Origin: Schizochytrium sp. TIO01
Taxonomy: Eukaryota > Protista > Bigyra: Labyrinthulomycetes
NCBI GenBank assembly: GCA_004764695.1
Contig: SMSO01000036.1
Span: 930,001 to 994,000, forward strand
Direction: 5' to 3'
Length of the DNA: 64,000 nucleotides
A program made the translations under genes and the position numbers. Shown piece by piece: positions 56,701-64,000 of this stretch. The notes under the pieces were generated by a model. The model saw nothing but the letters and a program-made list of their open reading frames with translations, ran no database searches and was not told the origin of the DNA. Each line of letters starts with the position of its first letter. Within the stretch, counting starts at the first letter, position 1.

Positions 56701-57946
56701 TATTATTTATTTATTTATATATTTATTTATTTAAAGAATAATAAATTAAAATTTCCATCCTTATTGTATCTAAATGACTAGGCATACCCACTTTCCTTAT
56801 TAACACTAAGATTCACAAATACTTGGTCAAATGGAGGAGACATCTCATGCTAAAGATGTTGAAATTAAGGTTCGCATCAAAGGTCTATGCCCAGTTGTCT
56901 GTGAAGTAAAACACCATGTTTCCTATTGGACTCTGTCGAAGAAAGCAAACAAATGAAAAGCGAAGGGAAACACCCCCCAAACAATCTAAGGAGCAAACAA
57001 AGCATGCCATGTGCTATAAGGGGCGAGCAAAGTTGTTTCGCAAACATACTTCCAGTTCCTGCATTGCCCGAGGTTCTCAGGGAAGCAAAAATACAACCAG
57101 CTTATCGACTGACTCAGGAACTCCACTCTATATTTTGTCCGCGCCTATCCGTTACTCTCCTAAAATTCTTCACACCTAAGCATTAAGCAGGTGAAGAATC
57201 TGCCCATAGTTAAGGTGTTTGGACATGTTTGTCCGTTGATATGGCTTTAGTGCAGCTAGAATATACCTAAGAATTACGTTGGGCGCAGGGTTTTCCTGAG
57301 AGGGAGGGCATGCGGCGCGGACCAGCGCGGAAACGAGCATGAAGCATAATACTGCGTATAAAGAGTTTCTTTTAAAATGGAACTCGATTTTGCAAATAAA
57401 TAACCTTTGTTGACTGTTCTTGTGTAGTTGTTTCTCATAACTGTGCTAATGACGTTGTAGGTTTAAGGGGGGGGGGTAATGTTATGAGAGCAACTTGGAC
57501 AGTGGCTAGAGTAAGAACTAAACAACGATCAATCAGCGGACCTGTATTGGGTGCGTGGCCACCAGACAAATTTGCAAGTAGAGACATAAAGTACGGCGCA
57601 GAGATCACGAGTCGTCGCAAGGGGTTTGGCGGGCGTGCAGCAAACGCGGTCGCCAGCTACGTGAAAGGTCATTCGTGGTGCGCAGTGCGAATTTCACGAG
57701 GCCAGCTCTCATTTTTGGATTGGAGGCTCTGATTTGGGGCAAGTTTCCCAATTGCTTGGCTTAGCTAGGCTGGACAATAGTAATTCTACTGTTTCTAGTG
57801 CTCTGAGCAGAAACAGACCCTCAACGCGTGAGGTAAGTGATTTTACGCGTGCGTGCGCGTTTACATCTTGCTTCACGCGCAAAAAATTATAATCAGTGAT
57901 AGACGTATCAGTACAATCGTAGTCTGTCGTATCCGAGGCAAGCAAA

Positions 57947-59065
57947 ATGGGGTGCGCTTCGAGCAACCTAACGCCTGAAGACAAGGCTGCACGGGATCGC
58001 GCAAAGAAGATGGACAATCAGCTTGAGGAGGACAAGAATTTTGACGAGCAGCTCATCAAACTTCTACTTCTTGGTGCCGGTGAGTCGGGCAAGTCGACTA
58101 TTTTTAAGCAGATGCGCATTCTTTATGGTGAAGGTTTTGGGGACGATGCGCGCCAGCAAACCGCTCCAGTCATTATCAGTAACTTGATCAGTGGTACTCG
58201 CACTGTCTTGGAAAATACCGAGAAGCTTGGCTTTAAGATCACGGATGAGGCTTCCCTCGCAGCTACCAAGCTTGTCAATGACACCTCGGATGATACCCCA
58301 CTTAACGACGACATTGCGAATGCCATCAAGACCCTCTGGAAAGACGAAAACTTCCAGGAAACCTTCAAGTTGCGTGCAAAGTACCAGCTCTTCGACTGCT
58401 ATGGTGATTTTGCCAAGTCTCTTACCTCCGAGTGGCCGCAGTGGGGTGGCTCCGGCTGGATTCCATCTGTCAGTGATGTGATGAAGGCACGTGTTCGTAC
58501 CTCTGGTATTGTCGAAGAACGCTACACCATTGATGGTGTAAACTTTCGCATGTATGATGTGGGTGGTCAGCGAAATGAGCGTAAGAAGTGGATCCATTGT
58601 TTCGATGGTGTCACTGCCATTATCTTCGTTGGTGCTATTTCTGAGTATGACCAAGTGCTTTATGAGGATAAGACTCAGAACCGTCTCGTGGAAGCCATTG
58701 AGCTTTTTGACGAGATTTGTAACTCAAAGTGGTTCCAAGAGACTTCCATTATCCTGTTCCTTAACAAGCGTGATCTCTTCGAGCAGAAGTTTGTAACGGA
58801 CCGAATCCCACTTAACATCACCAACTTGCCCCTTTTTGAAACATGGGAGGCAGTAGATTGGGACACTGAATCACCAGAGGCTGCCGTGGCACGTGCTCAA
58901 GAGTGGATTGTTAAGCAGTTCCTTGACCAACGTAAAGACCCCGAGAAGGAGGTCTACCACCACATTACTTGTGCAACTGACACTAAGAACGTCGAAACTG
59001 TGTTCAACGCGTGCAAGGACATTATCCTTAAGGCTAATCTCAAATCTAGCGGCTTCATGAGCTAA
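57947..59065 (+). CDS. Heterotrimeric G-protein alpha subunit
   Basis: MGC lipidation start; KLLLLGAGESGKST, RVRTSG, DVGGQRNERKKWIHCF, FLNKRD and HITCATD (G1-G5 all intact). Confidence 0.98.
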   Translation: MGCASSNLTPEDKAARDRAKKMDNQLEEDKNFDEQLIKLLLLGAGESGKSTIFKQMRILYGEGFGDDARQQTAPVIISNLISGTRTVLENTEKLGFKITDEASLAATKLVNDTSDDTPLNDDIANAIKTLWKDENFQETFKLRAKYQLFDCYGDFAKSLTSEWPQWGGSGWIPSVSDVMKARVRTSGIVEERYTIDGVNFRMYDVGGQRNERKKWIHCFDGVTAIIFVGAISEYDQVLYEDKTQNRLVEAIELFDEICNSKWFQETSIILFLNKRDLFEQKFVTDRIPLNITNLPLFETWEAVDWDTESPEAAVARAQEWIVKQFLDQRKDPEKEVYHHITCATDTKNVETVFNACKDIILKANLKSSGFMS

Positions 59066-59302
59066 TAATATAGAACTATGTTTTTGGGTGTAAAGAATCT
59101 TTGTGCATCATTTTATTTTCTTTGTTCATGGTTGCAAATTTTGGGAGCAAACACATATACTCGCAAGTGCACTCGCACATTTGCAAGCTTGTCCACAACT
59201 TTTGAAAGGTACGATATATTCTACAGAAGAGGATGATCAATTTGAAATGAAAAAAAAATGATCATTTTAATCGCAACATTGAAGTAAAAGTGAAATGAAT
59301 AA

Positions 59303-60454
59303 TTAGGTACATGGAGTCCGACAAAGCGGACATGATGGCTGCGTTTTGGAAGTTCGACATCGCTCGAGCCAACGAATAGCGCATCCTCGGTGGAATAGAT
59401 GTTTACAAGGTAGCCGCACAACATGGCGATCGAGGGCATCCCAGCAGATGGCACAGGAGTCAGAAGAGCATTCCACATTGTGGACCTCATGACATTTTTG
59501 AAGCAGTGCTGCACGTCTGCGTCGGTACATTCGCATAGAACGTCCGCATTTGCGAAGTGCCACATAATTTTCGTGAATACTGAAGCCAAGCATAAGGTCA
59601 ATAATATTGAACTGAATACCCTTCAGAGCCCAGATGCAAATTGAGTGACCAATTTGTACACCAAGATGAACATGAGAGCTGATGTTGTCCAGGAAAAAAA
59701 TTTTAGACCCAGAGCTATCCCATTTCTGATCAAATTGGACATTGGGATGTTGCAACAAAAACCGTCCATACTGTTCTGCAGTCTCCACGAAAATGTTCGA
59801 GGCTTGAAGACGGAAGAGAGCACTGAGCCACGTTAGTGCAGTCTCGATCTGGTCGGGAGTAGCCCCTTGGTCTTCTTTCTGCTGGACAATCGCATCAAAG
59901 ACATGACCTCGCAGTCGACGCAGTACACATCTATAGAGATAAATGTTGCACATGGCAACGAGTATGAGAGAAGCCATGCAGCGAATTCCACGACGTACTG
60001 GTTTTTCCTCAGTCTCAAGACGAACGCCCATTGCTTTCTCAGCTAGACCAGGGCCCAGACAAGCTACAGCACGCATTAGCCCAAGCACTGTGAACCATGC
60101 CGCCCACCATGCTGTCACATCAGTTGCGAGCTCAAGCACTGTCCACACTAAAAGTACATTAAAGCAAACGAAACTCGCTAGTCGTCTCGCCTCTGTTCTC
60201 CACACCTCCGGCGCCATTAAAGAAGCTGTTGGCAGAGCGCGGGGTTCTCCGGGGTGTCTGCCGTCTTCACGCGGTAGTGTTTGCCGAGCAGCCCCACCTC
60301 CGCCCATGACAAGGCTGCGCCTCATGGTGCCTGCAGCAGCTTGCACGAGGCCCGTATCTCCCGAAGCTGCTCCTGAAACAGACAAGCTTTCCCGGACTAC
60401 CCAGCAGGAGACCATGCGTCCGAGTACATGCTCAGCGGCAGCACCAACACCCAT
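59303..60454 (-). CDS. Membrane-anchored RING-H2 E3 ubiquitin ligase (HRD1/gp78/RIN2-like)
   Basis: Several TM segments (WWAAWFTVLGLMR etc.) and a C-terminal CAICWD...RLPCKHLFHRGCAIRWL...SCPLCR RING-H2. Confidence 0.87.
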   Translation of the reverse strand: MGVGAAAEHVLGRMVSCWVVRESLSVSGAASGDTGLVQAAAGTMRRSLVMGGGGAARQTLPREDGRHPGEPRALPTASLMAPEVWRTEARRLASFVCFNVLLVWTVLELATDVTAWWAAWFTVLGLMRAVACLGPGLAEKAMGVRLETEEKPVRRGIRCMASLILVAMCNIYLYRCVLRRLRGHVFDAIVQQKEDQGATPDQIETALTWLSALFRLQASNIFVETAEQYGRFLLQHPNVQFDQKWDSSGSKIFFLDNISSHVHLGVQIGHSICIWALKGIQFNIIDLMLGFSIHENYVALRKCGRSMRMYRRRRAALLQKCHEVHNVECSSDSCAICWDALDRHVVRLPCKHLFHRGCAIRWLERCRTSKTQPSCPLCRTPCT

Positions 60455-62254
60455 TTTATTGAGATTGATGGATGGTTTAAATGTACAGAAAGTCCCCTTT
60501 TTCGGTAGTTCCCAATAGGAGCAGCACGAGGGCTTACAAATATTAATTGGGCTTTCTGCGGAAGAGCAGAATCCAAGGGCAACCTTACTGACCCAGGTTC
60601 AACGTTGGCCTTCACGGTATGCGCGCGAGACTTCAATAGTAATTGCAATCTTGGCACGTGAGCTGCGAAACAAATTTATTACCAATGAAATCGCATACAA
60701 TACGCAAAACGTAGTCACGAGGAATATAACGGTGGATAGTCTCACAAGGACTCAGGGAATTATCAAGAACGCCTGCGCAATTAGAGAGTGAGTCGCACCA
60801 AGCACAAACCTATCAAAGATTTGATTCCCTTAGGAACCCGCACAAAAGTGAATAGAAACCAATTTACAGAATGAGATACCAAATACCAAATACCATGCAA
60901 AATTGCAGAGCGAGGGGTATTCGATTTCAGGGTGGTTCTTGAGATAGAAGGAGTCTGAATGCAACGTCGAATATCAGACAGCCGGTGCTCGTCTGCTCCT
61001 TGGCGTTGGTGAGACTCACCAAGAGTCTCAACAGACTTGCTACTTAGTTTCTCAATCCAAAACTATGTATGTATGAATGTATGCTTGTTCGGCTGCAATT
61101 AAATTTGTAACGTCGTGATCCTTAGAGAAGTTTTCAAGAGAGGCAGATATCCAAACAGGTATCTCTGCAACTTGCCACAATACAGCAACAGCAATATATA
61201 TGATCACCTACCCTTCTTCTAACTCCTCAATTTCTTTTCTCTTTTCTTTTCTTCTACGTATTCCTATCTCCGAGTTTCCAAAGAGACAGACGAAGACGAA
61301 AGAGTCGGACTCCGCAATTGACGAGACAGCTTGACGAACCTCGGGGCACAACGATAGAGTACGGGGTAGCAGAATACAGACAGAAGTACCCTCGAAAGAA
61401 ATGACTTAAGAACGGTCGTTGTTCGCTCAAGGAAACACCAGAGGAATTAGTTAAAGAAAGAAATTCAGAATTGAGGAAAGGCGATCGAGCGTGCGCCTTT
61501 ATCCTGCTCCCTTCCTATGTTCGGGCAACGCTCTTCCTCTGAACTAAAGACAGGAGTTTAAAGATCAGCAGACAGGCTCGAGTCCGTTTATTACGCCTGC
61601 CGCAGCGGTCTCCTCCGCTGCAGCGGGCACTGCCGCTGCTGCCAATAAGGCTCTGCAGGTCGGGCTGTCCTCGCAGGCCGCCGCAGAAGCTCTGCTTATG
61701 TTCGTATTCACATCTTCGCAGCAAAGTTTTCTCTTTACAGTGGCCTACACCTTTTACAGTAGAGTTTAAAGGCATTAGGCCCATTGTGCGTCTCTATAAC
61801 CTAGTGAGGCTCCTCTATAACTCACTTGCCCCTTCAACTGCGCTGTCATTGGCGCAGAACGACAAACTAGCCTTCGAACAAAGAATTGATTGACCCCTGC
61901 GCCGATCATCAAGTCGCCCAGACCCTCCCTCCCCTGACTGACCCTTCTTTTGGCTCCTCCGCCACCACTCTCACACGTCATTGAACCAGTTTCTGCTTCA
62001 AAGCGTTCTTTCTTGAAAGTTTCATGCATTCAGGACTCGGAGGACCACCGAAGAAGAGGCTTTCTCTTTCCACTAGCGCCAACTAACTACCCACTACCCT
62101 ACCCGATGCTAGCAGCCCTCTACGATGGATGCTAATAGTCTCGCAGCAGCACTCTGCCTAGCCATTCTCCTACCGAGCCAACGCTATGCCCCAGCTACGG
62201 TAAACGATAGGCCTCCTGTTGGCCACCCTGAAGGCGCTCATTCGTCCTCTGCTC

Positions 62255-62320
62255 AGATAGATTGATAGACAGACTGACACACAGACACACAGACACACAG
62301 ACAGACAGACAGACAGATAG
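62255..62320. repeat. Compound GATA/GACA/CA microsatellite
   Basis: agatagattgatagacagactgacacacagacacacagacacacagacagacagacagacagatag. Confidence 0.85.
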
Positions 62321-63259
62321 TTAGTGATCGAGACGCATTGAGGCGCATTGTGCCTCGATGAGACTGATTGCAGCGTTAGTTAGTTAGCTAGCTGCTCACT
62401 TTGTTGCGGCCTCGACTTCTCGCAGATTGCCACCCTATTGACCGCGAGCACGTGCTCCCTTACTTAAGACAAACGTGGGAATCAAACAAGTTTCGTGAAA
62501 TAAGTTGCTTCGCTCTCGTGAACGGCAGTACTGCTTACCATGGGGCATTTCTGTTTCGTCAGGTGTGGACTTGAGCAAGTGGGCAAATGCTTCATGGAGC
62601 CTAACGCATCTGGCTCAGGTGACTTGAGGACACCACTTGCCCAGAAGAAGGCTCCTACCTCTGCGAGTGAGAGAACAGCTCGACGGGGTTACTTCAAGTT
62701 TTATGCGTTAAATGTCGAGGAAGTACGCACGTACCTTAGGCTATCTACCTCCTAATCCTAAGACTAGGGCCGCAGCAAAGTACACACCGTAGCAGAGATC
62801 GAACTTTGCTGCCTTGGTTTTAGGGGGAAATAGAAGTTTGTTTGACTTGATCCACAAGCAGTGTATTAATGTTTTCAAGTTGGGTGGCTGAAGGCGCACG
62901 AATTTATGAAATAGACCACCCTACAACATCTTGACTTTGCCGATCCTTCGTGGGTGCAATTCTATTCTATGAGAATGGTCGCAACGGACCTCCGATGAGA
63001 AGTCTTATCATTTCATGCATCAGGTTTAGACTACTTTTTACACCTCAAACAGAAACTCCAATGGTCTGTTCCAGTCATCAATAGTACGCACATGCAAAGG
63101 ATATGAAAGTAAATTAGAACAAAAGATATAGCACAAAATACTTGCATCAGGTTTTACACACCGATGGGGAAACACAAAAGGTCTGAGTTTGCTTTCGCGC
63201 AGTGAAAGTGAAGCCACTGCGTAAGACAGCTACCTTGTCCTCTTTCAAAGAAAACAGAA

Positions 63260-63679
63260 ATGGATATTGAGGAGCTGAAGCTGGACGCGCTTCTCGAAGA
63301 AATTAATCTGGGGAAAATACTTCAAATTTTCGTGCGAGACCATTGGTCTGATATTGAAGGATTCCGAGATGGGCCACAGAAATGCGGGCCTTGTCAGTGT
63401 GGGCATGCTCCTCATGGGCACTCCAAAGGTGAATACTGTCATCTACTAGTCAATATCTTTGAGGAATTTCAAGAGCTTGTAGAATCTCGTATGCAGGTTG
63501 AACTTGGGGCGATTGGGTGGACTCGCGCGCAGCTGAGCGAAGCTTTGCTTCGAAACAGTCTCAACGAGCATTTAATAATTGCTGACACCATCACAAACAT
63601 TGATGCTTTTGCGGATTTACTTTTCAGAGAAATGGAACATCACGATCAAATTGCAGTGGAAACAAAAGATCTGTGGTGA
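63260..63679 (+). CDS. BART / ARL2-binding domain protein (CFAP36/ARL2BP-like)
   Basis: WSDIEGF...GEYCHLLVNIFEEFQELVESRMQVELGAIGWTRAQLSEAL...NIDAFADLL follows the BART pattern (F..., E...Y..I..EF..LVE..L...L..LG.s...F...M). Confidence 0.65.
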   Translation: MDIEELKLDALLEEINLGKILQIFVRDHWSDIEGFRDGPQKCGPCQCGHAPHGHSKGEYCHLLVNIFEEFQELVESRMQVELGAIGWTRAQLSEALLRNSLNEHLIIADTITNIDAFADLLFREMEHHDQIAVETKDLW

Positions 63680-64000
63680 AGAGGTGATTTTTATCTGAGA
63701 TATAAAACCAAGGTCTCATCAGCAGATCATATTCAGAAAGGTGCTGCAAACTAACTTGGAGATATCTCATACACTATAATTTAGAATCTAGAATATTACT
63801 ACAAACGTGCGTTGGCTGGGATTCCTTTATTCAAATATACTAAAGAGCAAAATATTGTACTCCGTGCTTAAAGCAACCTCAAAATCTTGTATCAAGCGCT
63901 ACATACTCATGGCTATGCCCTTTTCTTCAATGTGAAACTTCAATCTAATGTAACAGCACATTTGTTTGTCATGTTTTTTTCAACCCAATATTACAAAGAT

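Noticed and set aside
54000-57900. Short ORFs and possible structural RNA in the mARC/G-alpha spacer
   Set aside because: No tRNA cloverleaf, A/B boxes or recognisable protein motifs found by eye.

Overview
Eukaryotic nuclear DNA with about 16 protein-coding genes in 64 kb. The genes are intron-poor, GC-moderate CDSs separated by AT-rich, microsatellite-containing spacers. Gene style and content (few GT-AG introns, cilium-linked LRRC74, BART and ASH domains) suggest a flagellate-stage protist, most likely a thraustochytrid/labyrinthulomycete stramenopile (inference). Genes in order: spliced CRP-type LIM protein; WW + 3x cNMP-binding + AGC kinase, broken by a +1 frameshift in the activation segment; SPX-EXS phosphate exporter; PP2A B'/B56 subunit; 2311-aa DUF4062-NACHT-WD40 STAND protein with a Zn-ribbon and an ASH-like tail; ABCC transporter; HIR-like SPFH protein; spliced multi-pass membrane protein; LRRC74-like protein; NAA40-like GNAT fused to ankyrin repeats; MFS transporter; coiled-coil protein with the CC1 box and Spindly-like motif of dynein activating adaptors; SPIDR-like protein; MOSC/mARC protein (also +1 frameshifted); G-protein alpha subunit; membrane RING-H2 E3 ligase; BART-domain protein. 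I found no rRNA, tRNA, CRISPR array or intact transposon. The most interesting leads are the putative non-animal dynein-dynactin adaptor, the single-chain WW kinase with cAMP-type binding cassettes, the STAND-ASH protein, the NatD-ankyrin fusion, and two +1 frameshifts at AAA codons (most likely assembly errors, but testable). All family calls come from motif recognition by eye; no database search was run.
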